Positions 49,414-59,807 of a DNA stretch of 64,000 nt are shown here, in pieces. Both the position numbers and the translations under genes were made by a program. Position 1 is the first letter of the stretch, and every line of letters starts with the position of its first letter. The notes under the pieces were generated by a model. That model saw only the letters and a program-made list of their open reading frames with translations. It had not been told where the DNA came from and searched no databases. The stretch is from Bdellovibrionota bacterium (lineage in GTDB: Bacteria; Bdellovibrionota_C; UBA2361; OMIW01): NCBI GenBank assembly GCA_044235645.1, contig JBIIHQ010000004.1, forward strand, positions 185,562 to 249,561, in the 5' to 3' direction.

Positions 49414-50742
49414 ATGAATTCCCTTTTCGAACCACGGTCTCTGCTCCAGCCGCCTCAGGGTATGAGGAGTGGATCTCTTGGTGCTGAGCGGACCAGTTTC
49501 TCTGTAACTCAGCTGCTGGACTTTAGCGCCGCAGTGCTTGATGACTATATCGGAACTGTATCATTTCACGGTGAAATTCATGAGGTCAAGGTTGCAGGAT
49601 CGGGCCATCTGTATATAACCATAAAGGACGATGGCGAAGGAGCACAGTCGGCGGTGTCTTGCGTCATGTGGAAAAGTGCGGCTGCTCGCCTTTCATTCCG
49701 ACCTCAGGTCGGGGCTGCAGTGACCTGTGTAGGTAAGCCAACTCTCTATCGAGCGCGAGGACAATTTCAGATCGACGTTCGGAGTATGTCTGTCGCGGGC
49801 GATGGTGCGCTGCGTAAGCAATATGAAGATTTGCGGATTAAACTTGAGAGCGAGGGTTTATTCGATCCCTCACGTAAGCGCTCGATACCGAGGATAAGTC
49901 AATGTGTCGGAGTTGTTACCTCTGCTGCGGGAGCGGTTTTGCATGATATCTCTGCAACCGTTCAGCGGCGTATGCCAGCACTAAAAATAGTATGTGTTGA
50001 CGTGCGGGTTCAGGGGAAGGGGGCTGCGGAGGAGATAGTTCGAGGTATTCACCTTCTCAACTCCCTCGACGAGGTCGAGGTGATCATTGTTGCTCGAGGT
50101 GGTGGATCGCTAGAGGATTTGTGGGCGTTTAATGAGGAGGCGGTTGTTCGGGCCATCTTTGGCTCTCGTAAGCCAATCATTTCGGGTGTTGGTCACGAGG
50201 TTGATATTACCCTCGCCGATTATGTCGCAGATCTTCGAGCTCCGACACCAACCGCAGCGGCGGAGATAGTTGCCCCTGATAACAAGGAGCTTCGGGCGGG
50301 GCTCGATCGATTGGTGCAGCGATTGAAGGGGGCCGAGCGATGGTTGCGGGATAGAGAGCGATTCCTCGACAATTCAGAGGGGTATTTTGTCAGGGGAGTC
50401 GACAATATGGTTCAGCGACGTTCCTCTGCTGTTCTCACATTGGGGCTTATGCTTCAATCGATGCAGCCAGACCGACGCATTCAACACTCACAGGATAATC
50501 TCCACCGCCTTGGCTCAGAGCTTTCGCGAGCAATGGCCCTGTATGCATCTGCGCGCCATCGCAGGCTCGATGTGTCGCTCGGGGTCCTGAATGCGGTGAA
50601 TCCCCAACGTGTGCTCGAGCGCGGGTACGCCCTGGTAACGATTGGAGGGCGGATCATTGATAGCGTTTTCAAGATACCCGAAGATCGGCCTGTGAAGGTC
50701 CGCCTTCGAGATGGGGAGCAGCAGATGCAGGTCTGTGGCTGA
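49414..50742 (+). CDS. xseA: exodeoxyribonuclease VII large subunit
   Basis: N-terminal OB fold (VSFHGEIHEVKVAGSGHLYITIKDD), the catalytic core CVGVVTSAAGAVLHDI...ARGGGSLEDLWAFN...GVGHEVD, and a coiled-coil C-terminus. Confidence 0.88.
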   Translation: MNSLFEPRSLLQPPQGMRSGSLGAERTSFSVTQLLDFSAAVLDDYIGTVSFHGEIHEVKVAGSGHLYITIKDDGEGAQSAVSCVMWKSAAARLSFRPQVGAAVTCVGKPTLYRARGQFQIDVRSMSVAGDGALRKQYEDLRIKLESEGLFDPSRKRSIPRISQCVGVVTSAAGAVLHDISATVQRRMPALKIVCVDVRVQGKGAAEEIVRGIHLLNSLDEVEVIIVARGGGSLEDLWAFNEEAVVRAIFGSRKPIISGVGHEVDITLADYVADLRAPTPTAAAEIVAPDNKELRAGLDRLVQRLKGAERWLRDRERFLDNSEGYFVRGVDNMVQRRSSAVLTLGLMLQSMQPDRRIQHSQDNLHRLGSELSRAMALYASARHRRLDVSLGVLNAVNPQRVLERGYALVTIGGRIIDSVFKIPEDRPVKVRLRDGEQQMQVCG

Positions 50743-50755
50743 TGACGGAGTTAAG

Positions 50756-51700
50756 ATGATCGATTCTGCTCCGGTTCGTGGAAGAAATTTCTGGTGGGTC
50801 GCGTGTACTGACTCGTTGGTCGCAGTCAGCTTGCTTATTTTTGCAAAAATTCCCCATCAGATACGAGTCGCTATGATCGCTCTGCTGTATCGGCTGATTT
50901 TGATCATAAGTGCTCGGTATCGCCATATAGCCCATCGAAATATCGCTCTTGTTTTCCCAGATAAATCACTCCAAGAGCGTCGTGCGATTTTGAGACGTTC
51001 GGCGATTTCGTTCGCTCGGATGGTGAGTGATATCTTTCGACTTGCTCATCTTTCGCGGGAATGGTTTGAACATCACGTTCAGATTGACCGAATAGAGGAG
51101 CTCAAGGCGCTCGTAAAGGGTCGGTCGGTACTCTATCTCGGCGGACATCTCGCAAGCTTTGACCTCATGGTTGCGGCTTTCGGCGTATTGGTCCAGCCGG
51201 TGGATTTTATCGTTCGAGAGAATAAATCACAGATTTTTGAGCAGTGGTCGACCATGGTACGTACCCGGTTCGGGAATGGTGTAATATCGCGGACTGGAGG
51301 ATTGCGGAGGATTCTCACGCAGATGAAACGGGGTCGGTCGGTGGGATTTCTTTTCGACCAGAATGTTACGAGAAATCATGCAGTGTTTGTGCCTTGGTTC
51401 GGACGCTTAGCAGCGACGACGGCGGCTCCTGGCATGGTGGCAGAACGAGTTCGGTGCCCCGTGATAATTGTGACAGGACGATTCGAGGGGGACGATCGGT
51501 ATTCGGTATTTTGGGAGGAGCTTGACTTGGCGGCTCTGTATCGCCAAGAGAGCTCTCCAGAGGAGGTCCGGCGAACGGTTTGTGAGTTCGCGGTGGCGGT
51601 GCTTGAGCGAGTGATAAAGGAACAACCGGAGGACTGGTTTTGGCTTCATCGAAGGTGGAAGACCGCTCCGGAGGGGCTCAGCGAGGATTTTTATTGCTGA
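50756..51700 (+). CDS. lipid A biosynthesis (LpxL/HtrB-type) lysophospholipid acyltransferase
   Basis: N-terminal transmembrane helix, the HX4D acyltransferase motif (GGHLASFD), and the LPLAT family layout (FVPWFGRLAATTAAPGMVAERVRCPVI). The ORF is open from 50711 and overlaps the end of xseA. Confidence 0.78.
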   Translation: MIDSAPVRGRNFWWVACTDSLVAVSLLIFAKIPHQIRVAMIALLYRLILIISARYRHIAHRNIALVFPDKSLQERRAILRRSAISFARMVSDIFRLAHLSREWFEHHVQIDRIEELKALVKGRSVLYLGGHLASFDLMVAAFGVLVQPVDFIVRENKSQIFEQWSTMVRTRFGNGVISRTGGLRRILTQMKRGRSVGFLFDQNVTRNHAVFVPWFGRLAATTAAPGMVAERVRCPVIIVTGRFEGDDRYSVFWEELDLAALYRQESSPEEVRRTVCEFAVAVLERVIKEQPEDWFWLHRRWKTAPEGLSEDFYC

Positions 51701-51829
51701 ATTAAGCTTCTCGTGAGCCGCTGTCTTTGAAAACAGAATTGTATTTGCGGTCTGCTGTACACGGAAACTGCTTTTGTCTTGAGCTTCGGGCATTCTCTGC
51801 CGACCTCCTAGGGGGGCGACCGATCTCCT

Positions 51830-54346
51830 ATGTTAAAATTCTGTCAGAAGAAAGGTCTTCGGGGCGACCAGATGCGTAAGGCGATAAAAGCGCGATACAC
51901 CAAGCTCTCCCTCCAAGCCAGAATATTAGCCCTTTACTGCGTAGGGATGACGGTCGTCCTTGGTTCGTTGCTCACTATCTTCTTCTTCTACGAACAGGTC
52001 CGGATTCGCAGCGATGCAAGTGAGGTACTGAAGCGGGCAGCCCATTTCATCGGCCTCCATGCGGCACCCCACCTTCAGGACGGGACTTATGCCCCAATTA
52101 GTGAAGCGATAGAAAGTCTGAAATTAGACCCCGATATTAAAGGAGCCTGGGTTCGGGATAGGAGCGGAAAACTAGTAGCGGGTTTTGGTAATCCATCTCC
52201 CAACGAGGATAGCGCGGAGATTCCGGCACCATCAAGGAACTTTACGGTATCTTTTCGGGGTAGTTTTGCCGAACTTCAGGGCCACATAATCGCTGATTCG
52301 AATAGTGTTGGAAGCTTAAGGCTACTATTAGACTTTACGAAACAGAGAGAGAGACTTTTGCTCGCCATCTTGGTTGGGTTGATCTCGATCCTTTTATCAA
52401 TACCCTTGTCCGAGTTCATCTATCGTCGATTTGAGAGTTTCATCATGGAACCAATCATCGATCTGGTCCGGGTGATCAGGAAAGTTTCTCTTGAATCAGA
52501 CTACAAAATTAGGGCAGAGCGAAAGAGTGATGATGAAGTGGGATTACTCGCTGATTGTTTTAATCTCATGTTATCAGAGATACAGCTCCGTGAGTTGGAG
52601 CTTCTAGAATATCAAAATCATCTCGAAGCAGAGGTTCGTCGGCGCACAACACAGCTTGCGGATCAAAATCGCGAAATCGATGCAGCGCGGCTCGCCGCGG
52701 AAGCAGGACGAAATGTAGCTGAACAGCTGAGTCGCGCCAAGGGAGATTTCCTTGCAAATATGAGTCATGAAATTAGAACCCCTCTGAATGGGATTATTGG
52801 GATGAGCGAATTGACTCTCGACACACCGCTCACCGAGGAACAGCATGAGTATGTGCAGACCGTCCACGGTTCGGCCAAGATGCTCCTCGACATTATCAAT
52901 GACATATTGGATTTCTCCAAGATCGAGGCGGGAATGGTCGAGCTTGAAGAGGTGCCGTTCTCTATTCGCGAAATGATATCCGATATTATGAGAGGTGCCG
53001 CGGCGGGTGTCACTTCCCAAAAGATTGAACTTTTTGCGGATGTAACGCCCTCTGTCCCAGCTTCTGTCATTGGCGATCCGACACGGCTTCGTCAGGTCCT
53101 GACGAATCTCGTCAGTAATGCCATAAAATTCACTCATCGCGGACAGGTCATTGTCCGGATTAATGCCGTTCAGTCCCCATTGCAAGAACCAGAGATTCAT
53201 TTTGAGGTTCTAGACTCAGGAATAGGTATTCCGGAAGCTAAGCTAGTTGAGATATTTAATCCGTTCGCTCAAGCCGATACTTCAACAACGAGGAAGTATG
53301 GAGGCACGGGACTTGGGCTCAGCATATCTTATAGGATCGTTGAAGCGATGGGAGGACGCCTGAAGGTTGCGAGTCGAGAAGGTGTAGGCAGTAATTTTTC
53401 TTTCTCTCTTAGCTTCCGAGCCAATCCGATACAGAAATTTCCAGAGCAGTCGCGAGTCGATTGTCATTCAAAATGGCAGTACCTGATCATGGATACCAAT
53501 CCAGTAAGCCGTCACATCTTAGAGCGTGAGGTGAGGACAGTGGTACCGGGGGTAATTGTCTCGGCAGATTGTGAGGAACTTGAGGATGCTCTTGATAATC
53601 TTCCTTCGGGAAGCCAGGCGGTAGTAATTCTTGATACGCATCGCGACATGAAAGTGCTGGCGCATGTTGTGGGGTTGCTGCGTTTGAGACAGGGTCTTGT
53701 AGCGCCACGGGCTCTTCTTGCGGCGCCGATTGACGTTTTGAAAACAATTCCCAAGAAAATAAGGGATAAGGTGGTACCCGTTGTTTATCCTGTTTTTTCC
53801 ATCGCGATTGCGAATTCTGCTCCGAGATGTTGGGAGTCTGTCGAGGGGGCAGAGCCAATAGTTTCTGTGCCACATTCGCCACTAGGAGGGGAAGAAAAAA
53901 GCCCGGGGCTCCGCATTCTTGTGGCTGAGGACAATCTCGTAAATCAAAAGTTGATTGGGAGATTGCTCGAGAAGGATGGACATGAGGTTGTGGTGGTTTC
54001 AAATGGAGAGGAGGTCCTCCATCAACTGGATAATCGGGGTCACTTCGCCATTTATCGAGGAGAAAGTAATCCTTTTGATTTGGTGCTGATGGATATCCAG
54101 ATGCCTGTAATGGGGGGAGTTGATGCCACTCGCCTTGTTCGAGAGCGAGAGAGGCATATAGATCGCCATGTACAAATCGTTGCGTTAACAGCGAATGCCA
54201 TCTCAGGGCAGCGGGATGAATATTTGGCGCTGGGTATGGATGACTACCTGAGCAAGCCTATAGAACTGGCTGCATTGAGGAGGTTGCTGCAAAGAATTGC
54301 TGCGGAAAAGCAGCAAGATGTTGGGACAGATAGCGATGACGAGTGA
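51830..54346 (+). CDS. hybrid sensor histidine kinase/response regulator (transmembrane, HAMP, HisKA, HATPase, REC)
   Basis: H-box [21 protein letters not shown], an HATPase_c G-box (GGTGLGLSI) and a C-terminal receiver domain ([12 protein letters not shown]...[10 protein letters not shown]...SKP). Confidence 0.9.
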   Translation: MLKFCQKKGLRGDQMRKAIKARYTKLSLQARILALYCVGMTVVLGSLLTIFFFYEQVRIRSDASEVLKRAAHFIGLHAAPHLQDGTYAPISEAIESLKLDPDIKGAWVRDRSGKLVAGFGNPSPNEDSAEIPAPSRNFTVSFRGSFAELQGHIIADSNSVGSLRLLLDFTKQRERLLLAILVGLISILLSIPLSEFIYRRFESFIMEPIIDLVRVIRKVSLESDYKIRAERKSDDEVGLLADCFNLMLSEIQLRELELLEYQNHLEAEVRRRTTQLADQNREIDAARLAAEAGRNVAEQLSRAKGDFLANMSHEIRTPLNGIIGMSELTLDTPLTEEQHEYVQTVHGSAKMLLDIINDILDFSKIEAGMVELEEVPFSIREMISDIMRGAAAGVTSQKIELFADVTPSVPASVIGDPTRLRQVLTNLVSNAIKFTHRGQVIVRINAVQSPLQEPEIHFEVLDSGIGIPEAKLVEIFNPFAQADTSTTRKYGGTGLGLSISYRIVEAMGGRLKVASREGVGSNFSFSLSFRANPIQKFPEQSRVDCHSKWQYLIMDTNPVSRHILEREVRTVVPGVIVSADCEELEDALDNLPSGSQAVVILDTHRDMKVLAHVVGLLRLRQGLVAPRALLAAPIDVLKTIPKKIRDKVVPVVYPVFSIAIANSAPRCWESVEGAEPIVSVPHSPLGGEEKSPGLRILVAEDNLVNQKLIGRLLEKDGHEVVVVSNGEEVLHQLDNRGHFAIYRGESNPFDLVLMDIQMPVMGGVDATRLVRERERHIDRHVQIVALTANAISGQRDEYLALGMDDYLSKPIELAALRRLLQRIAAEKQQDVGTDSDDE

Positions 54347-54547
54347 TTAAATGGTACAAACTGGGTTGTCGAAAATTCTCGCGTTTCCTTCGAATATAAT
54401 CAGAATTTTGCCAAAGTAAAGAGCCAGGGAGAAAGGTAAAAATTTCAATGATTATTGATCTGTCTTGGTTTAAATTGAGTAGAAATTCTAACCGCGTCCA
54501 AGTTTTCAAGAAGTTTTAAAGAACGAGATCCTCGCTTTTTCTTCGGC

Positions 54548-56071
54548 ATGACACTGATGCAAGAAAAATCAATTATCTGTCAAAGCGATCGCATCTGTAT
54601 TGATCAGATATCTCGATTGATCGTCAAGATTGCGATATGTCTTCTTCTGATTTTGGTATCTCTTCGCGTACCCATATTCCGCTCCCTGTGGCTTGATGAG
54701 ACAGTAACCGCCTGGGTCGTTTCGTCTGACTGGAGTGAGACATGGAGGCGAGCGACAATCTATCAGGCGCAGTCACCCCTGTACTTTATGCTGATCAAGG
54801 CTTGGCCGTGGAGGGGAGAGAGCGAGTTCCTGTTTCGTGTCCCTTCGGTGCTCTGCGCGCTGGGGACAGTTTTTGGCCTCTCTCAGCTCGCGCGTCAGGT
54901 GTGGGGTAGAGACGCACAACTTATCGCGATTTTGAGCTGCGTCAGCCAGATAGAATTTATCATGGCGGCGATACAGGCTCGACCGTATGCGCTTGGTATT
55001 CTTGCTGCCGTCTGGTCTGTCGTATTTTTATTGTCGTGGGTATCGAAGGGTAACGTTCTCCTCTTGGTAGCGCACTTTGGAATGGCTCTGCTGGCCTTTT
55101 ACTCTCATTATCTTTTCTGCCTTGTGGGGTTGGTTTTCCTGACGATCCTGTTTATTGAGAAGGATCGGTGTCGGTGGCTACCATATTGCATTGGGCTAAT
55201 GTGTGCGACTTTCCTCGCGCTTCCAGGACTTTACCACCTGGCATGGTGGGGAGGTAAGGCCGACGGGGCCCTCTTTGCTGCCATGCCGTCGACAAGCAAA
55301 TTCTTACAGAGAATTATCCCGGGGGAATTACTTGTCTATCTCCTTGGGGGTGGATTCGTAGGCTGTCTTTTTACAAAGCAGAGGTTAGCTCGTCCTCCTT
55401 TAAGAGTGGTGATTCTCGTGGGTGTGTGGATAGTGGGCGGATGTGCCGTCCTCTTTCTAGCAAGTCACCTCTCGGGGCAATCGGTATTTGTCGGAAGGTA
55501 TTTGGGCTGGAGGGTTGGGGGATTCGTACTCGGGACGATCCTCGTCGCATCCCTTTTCTCGGATTTTGTCGGACAAAGGGCATTTTTTGCGGTGTACAGC
55601 TTTCTCGCTATTCAGCAGGCAAGTCAGCGAGTGTGGGAGATAGAGGATTGGAGTGGAACTGCTAAAACTCTGGCAGAGCAACCTCATCTCCCTGTCATGC
55701 TATATTCTGGGCTTCGAGAGAGTGAACAGCTCACTACCGAATCGGGTGATGATTTTCGGTCATATCTTGCATCTCCTCTTCTTGCTTACGAAGTATCCGC
55801 GAGCAGTATCGTTGTCATGCCGGGTAATCCCGAGTCTGAAGGTAGTAGGCGCTTTAGCGAGGGGGCGACCCGCCACATCATCGGTTCCGAAACTGCCTTC
55901 TACCTTGTCATCAACGATCAGCCCATTTACGTCTCGGGTGAGCGGGTAGAACCGGGCAAGCGCCTAATCGGATTTTTCGATAAATTAGGCGTCGCCTGCA
56001 CCGTGATGGCCCAACGACCTTCACGGGGTTTGGTTACGATTCATCGGTGCGAAACTCTGCACTCGCATTGA
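54548..56071 (+). CDS. glycosyltransferase family 39/83 (ArnT/PMT-like) polytopic membrane protein
   Basis: About 11 transmembrane helices and an N-terminal loop with the DE-type motif (LDETVTAWVV) typical of undecaprenyl- or dolichyl-phosphate-sugar-dependent glycosyltransferases. Confidence 0.65.
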   Translation: MTLMQEKSIICQSDRICIDQISRLIVKIAICLLLILVSLRVPIFRSLWLDETVTAWVVSSDWSETWRRATIYQAQSPLYFMLIKAWPWRGESEFLFRVPSVLCALGTVFGLSQLARQVWGRDAQLIAILSCVSQIEFIMAAIQARPYALGILAAVWSVVFLLSWVSKGNVLLLVAHFGMALLAFYSHYLFCLVGLVFLTILFIEKDRCRWLPYCIGLMCATFLALPGLYHLAWWGGKADGALFAAMPSTSKFLQRIIPGELLVYLLGGGFVGCLFTKQRLARPPLRVVILVGVWIVGGCAVLFLASHLSGQSVFVGRYLGWRVGGFVLGTILVASLFSDFVGQRAFFAVYSFLAIQQASQRVWEIEDWSGTAKTLAEQPHLPVMLYSGLRESEQLTTESGDDFRSYLASPLLAYEVSASSIVVMPGNPESEGSRRFSEGATRHIIGSETAFYLVINDQPIYVSGERVEPGKRLIGFFDKLGVACTVMAQRPSRGLVTIHRCETLHSH

Positions 56072-56873
56072 CGAGAGGTTGTAACCAAGCTGCCTCGTCG
56101 CGGCATATCGCATTCCATCCAGAGCGAGTCGCCTGTGCTACTTCATCCGGAAGTGATGAGAAAGAGCACCAACTTCGTTGTACGCCGTCAATCCCAGTGA
56201 ACGATACCCCGAGAGAGTGCAGGAGAAAGGCTCTATTTTGTATGAGCGGGGTACGGTGTGTGCCACCGTAGAGGGTGTCCCCTGCAAGCGGGTGACCGAG
56301 AGACGCTGCGTGAGCCCGAATCTGATGGCGCCTCCCCGTTTTTATCATAACTGCAACAAGAGAAGATTCCGAATCCTCGAAGGTGACGAGAGGGTAAAAG
56401 TGGGAGAGAGCATCCTGAACCGAGTGAAAGAGATGGGCGGAGGAGGTGCTTCTCGCAGGAGAGTCAGGAAGTGCGACGACCTTCGCAGAGTGTCGATATC
56501 GAGAGGCAATAGGCGCGGAACAGGTCATCGGGACGGATAATCGTCCCTCAACGAGAGCAACATACCACTTGAGAACGCGGTCGGTCGAGAAGAGCGATCG
56601 TAAATGCACCCAGCTCTCCCTCGAGCGAGCTGAGACGAGCACCCCACTCGTTTCCTCATCAAGTCGATGAGCCAGCCCACAATCACCATCATTTCCGATG
56701 GATGTCTGATCGGGGAAATTGCGCTCGATCCAGGTCGCGATAGAACGATCCTCAGCAATTTTGGAAGAGGAAAAGACACCTGAAGGCTTAAGGAAAACCC
56801 GATAGAAACCATCTTCCGCGATGAGGCGCACCGACGAGAAGATATGATGGTCAAGGGGGATGTTTTCTTTCAC
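56034..56873 (-). CDS. RluA-family pseudouridine synthase (no S4 domain)
   Basis: Motif II HRLDEETSGVLVSARS including the catalytic Asp, and motif III TGRRHQIRAHAASLGHPLAGDTLYG. Confidence 0.82.
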   Translation of the reverse strand: MKENIPLDHHIFSSVRLIAEDGFYRVFLKPSGVFSSSKIAEDRSIATWIERNFPDQTSIGNDGDCGLAHRLDEETSGVLVSARSRESWVHLRSLFSTDRVLKWYVALVEGRLSVPMTCSAPIASRYRHSAKVVALPDSPARSTSSAHLFHSVQDALSHFYPLVTFEDSESSLVAVMIKTGRRHQIRAHAASLGHPLAGDTLYGGTHRTPLIQNRAFLLHSLGVSFTGIDGVQRSWCSFSSLPDEVAQATRSGWNAICRDEAAWLQPLVNASAEFRTDES

Positions 56874-57862
56874 ATTTCAGACGCCAAATAGGCAGCCCCA
56901 TGAAGCCCCGAGAGGGGATCTTTGACAACGTAAAGAGGGGTTGCCTCAACGAGAGGCGAAAGTCGACCCTTTGCTAGGTAGCTCGATACAACATCACCCT
57001 CTTTGAGAAGACTCAGAATCTTTCCTGGTATACCGCCTGCGATGTAGATTCCTCCCGAGGCCAGATAGGTCAGCATCATGTTGCCCGCGTGCGCGCCCAG
57101 CACGCTCATGAAGATGGAGAGGGTTTCAATGGCGAGAGGGTCCGAACCCTTGACGGCAGCTTGTCCGATCGCCGCGCTTGGATCTCCTAATCGGATCGCT
57201 TCTGCTAATTCCTCTGATTCAGGGGCAAATGCCGTGTCGCGGAGAAACGAGTAGATGTTTAAAATACCGGGGCCAGATATAATTCGCTCGACGCTGACGC
57301 GACCAAACTTTTTCATCAGGTAAGTAAGAAGAGCAATTTCTCTCTCTGAGCGAGGGGCGAAATCGGCGTGGCCCCCCTCTGATCCGAGGAGAATAGTTCG
57401 CCCCGGTTCTCGATACATGACCGCCTGGCCCAATCCGGTGCCCGGAGCTATGACGCAAAAAGCATCTCGCTCATGCACCGCGGCTCCGGGGTGGAGAGTG
57501 ATGTAATCGAGCGAACCGAGGTACGGAAGCGACGCCGCGGTGGCGACAAGGTCGTTGACAAGCCGTACTCGGGGAATTCGCAGATTGTCGGCGAGTTCAA
57601 ATTCCGTGAGTCGCCACGGGAGGTTTGTGGTCCGAACGGTTCCATCACTGACTGGTCCAGGAACGCCGAAGCAAGCAGCCGTTACTAAATGCTTATCTTT
57701 CCCCACGAACTCTCGGGCCATTTCCTGAAGGGTGGGGTACGCCTTGCTGTCATATCGTTCGCTCCGATGAATTGCGACGTGGCCATCTTTCGCATGATAA
57801 AGAGCGAGAAGAGTTTTTGTACCCCCGACATCACCAGCTAAGACAAGAGAAGCTGCAACCAT
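56870..57862 (-). CDS. glk: glucokinase
   Basis: N-terminal LAGDVGGTKT ATP-binding loop and full-length similarity to bacterial Glk. It overlaps the rluA-like start by 4 nt. Confidence 0.85.
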   Translation of the reverse strand: MVAASLVLAGDVGGTKTLLALYHAKDGHVAIHRSERYDSKAYPTLQEMAREFVGKDKHLVTAACFGVPGPVSDGTVRTTNLPWRLTEFELADNLRIPRVRLVNDLVATAASLPYLGSLDYITLHPGAAVHERDAFCVIAPGTGLGQAVMYREPGRTILLGSEGGHADFAPRSEREIALLTYLMKKFGRVSVERIISGPGILNIYSFLRDTAFAPESEELAEAIRLGDPSAAIGQAAVKGSDPLAIETLSIFMSVLGAHAGNMMLTYLASGGIYIAGGIPGKILSLLKEGDVVSSYLAKGRLSPLVEATPLYVVKDPLSGLHGAAYLASEM

Positions 57863-58058
57863 ACTGTTCCTGCTGAATTTAACACAGTCCCCCGGGCTGA
57901 ACTGATCGCACGTGATGCGCGTCCCAGCTCAAAGATGGACAGGTGCCATCTTTTCTTTCGTATACAACAAGTTCGATCTTTCGTCGAACGGTGTATTTAC
58001 AGAAAGGTAAATTTTTTTGACTGTGAGCGACCTTTTGTTCGGCGTTGCATCTATCAAG

Positions 58059-58081
58059 GATTCGAAGGTGAAATTCGAATC
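58059..58081. promoter_or_regulatory. perfect 8-bp inverted repeat GATTCGAA-N7-TTCGAATC in the glk/GT4 divergent promoter region
   Basis: A palindrome seen directly in the sequence. A second 6-bp inverted repeat, GTTCGA-N7-TCGAAC, lies at about 57971-57989. Candidate operator sites for a sugar-responsive regulator. Confidence 0.3.
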
Positions 58082-58311
58082 GGTGAAGAACCTCAAGTGA
58101 TCTCCCGAGTTTGCCTTGTTTGGACAATTTGTTCTGATTAAAGAGGAGTTTTTTGCTGCTGTTGGCATTGAAAATAACGGCTGGCTGTGCTTGACTGCTA
58201 GTATCGGTGGTGAGTCAAGGCGGTTAGGGGGTGGTTGATTTTCCTTAATGGTATTCGGCGGTAAAGGGAGGGTCGGAGTCGTACTATCTTAACTATCTTA
58301 CGTGCGGTGCG

Positions 58312-59646
58312 GTGATGAAGGTACTCATGCTTGGTTGGGAGTATCCGCCCCATATCACAGGGGGGCTCGGTACGGCGTGCGAAGGTCTAACCATGGCCCT
58401 TGCGCGAGGGGGGATTGACATCTCCTTCGTGGTGCCAGCGCTCCTCGGGGGAGAGCGCGCACCTCACATGACGCTCATTGATTCTCGAGAGGGGCCGGCG
58501 AGAGTTGTTCGAGAGGGGAGTTCAGGGAGCCTGTCTTCGTCCGAGGTTACAACGAGTCATATAAAGACGCTTTTTGGGTGTTACGCTCGGCAAGAGGAAC
58601 TAGAGATAGGGTTCAATCAGCTTTCTCAGCGATTTTTAGACGCTCAGGGAACTGAGATTGAGGAAGCGGAAGAGGTTGAAGATGAGGAAGGCGTTATATT
58701 GAAAAAGTCACCTCATGGATCGCGCTACGGCGGTAACATGATGGACGAGGTCTATGGTTTTTCTCAGCGTGTTGCTCAACTTGCGACGAAACTCGACTTT
58801 GATTTGATACATGCGCACGACTGGATGACCTATCCGGCAGGGGTGGTTGCCTCCCGGTTGACGGGTAAGCCGCTGGTGACCCATGTACACAGCCTCGAGT
58901 ACGATAGGAGTGGCCAGACGGTCCATCCAACAATCCACGGCATTGAACGGCTCGGAATCGAAAGCTCGGGAGCGGTTATCGCGGTCAGCGCCTACACCCG
59001 GTCAGTGGTGATTGATCAGCATCCGGTGGAGGGTGATCGGGTATTTGTCGTTCACAACGGCGTATCGGGGAAATATCGTCGATCTCTTCGACGGCGGAAC
59101 GAGAAAAAAAATCGGGGGAAGACGGTACTCTTCCTGGGACGGATAACTTTTCAGAAGGGGCCCGACTACCTTGTCGAGGCTGCCTCTCGGGTCATACGGC
59201 ACATTCCCGACGTCAAATTCATAATCGCGGGTACCGGCGATATGTTGCCCAGACTCGTTGGACGGGTAAACGATTTGGGGTTGCAGGCCCACTTCGATTT
59301 TCCGGGTTTTCTATCGGGTCCTGATGTTGAGCGGATTATGCGACAATCAGATCTGTACGTAATGCCTTCTGTGTCGGAACCATTTGGCATTTCAGCGCTT
59401 GAGGCGATTTCATGTGATACCCCGTGTCTCATCTCCAAGCAGTCGGGGGTTGGTGAGGTTCTTCGCCATGCGCTGAAGGTCGATTTCTGGGATGTCGACA
59501 GAATGGCAGATCTCATGATCAATGCGCTTCTCTATCCGAGTATGCGATACGAGATGGTCAGAAATGCCTCTCGGGAGGCCCAGCGTCTCCGGTGGGGACC
59601 AGCTGCCCGACGGACTGTCGAGGTGTATCGTTCGATTCTTGGCTGA
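58312..59646 (+). CDS. GT4-family glycosyltransferase (glycogen/alpha-glucan synthase-like)
   Basis: N-terminal LGWEYPPHITGGLG (the EX7E-type GT4/GT-B N-terminus) and a C-terminal GT1/GT4 nucleotide-sugar-binding domain (VMPSVSEPFGISALEAI). Confidence 0.78.
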   Translation: MMKVLMLGWEYPPHITGGLGTACEGLTMALARGGIDISFVVPALLGGERAPHMTLIDSREGPARVVREGSSGSLSSSEVTTSHIKTLFGCYARQEELEIGFNQLSQRFLDAQGTEIEEAEEVEDEEGVILKKSPHGSRYGGNMMDEVYGFSQRVAQLATKLDFDLIHAHDWMTYPAGVVASRLTGKPLVTHVHSLEYDRSGQTVHPTIHGIERLGIESSGAVIAVSAYTRSVVIDQHPVEGDRVFVVHNGVSGKYRRSLRRRNEKKNRGKTVLFLGRITFQKGPDYLVEAASRVIRHIPDVKFIIAGTGDMLPRLVGRVNDLGLQAHFDFPGFLSGPDVERIMRQSDLYVMPSVSEPFGISALEAISCDTPCLISKQSGVGEVLRHALKVDFWDVDRMADLMINALLYPSMRYEMVRNASREAQRLRWGPAARRTVEVYRSILG

Positions 59647-59807
59647 GAGGTATTGGCCTTTCGTGGGTATAGATAAGGGGGGATGTGAAGGCGCTTGTAT
59701 GGCTTCTGGGGTGAGTGATTGCTCTCACAAGGTGCGTTCCCCGAGAGGGAGAAAGATAGATTTTATCGGTGTAGGGGTTTCGGCAGCTAACTTCGGAGGA
59801 CTACGGT

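Noticed and set aside
52604-54002. Minus-strand ORFs of 100-200 aa inside the hybrid sensor kinase gene
   Set aside because: They are antisense to a well-supported 838-aa kinase and have no features of their own.
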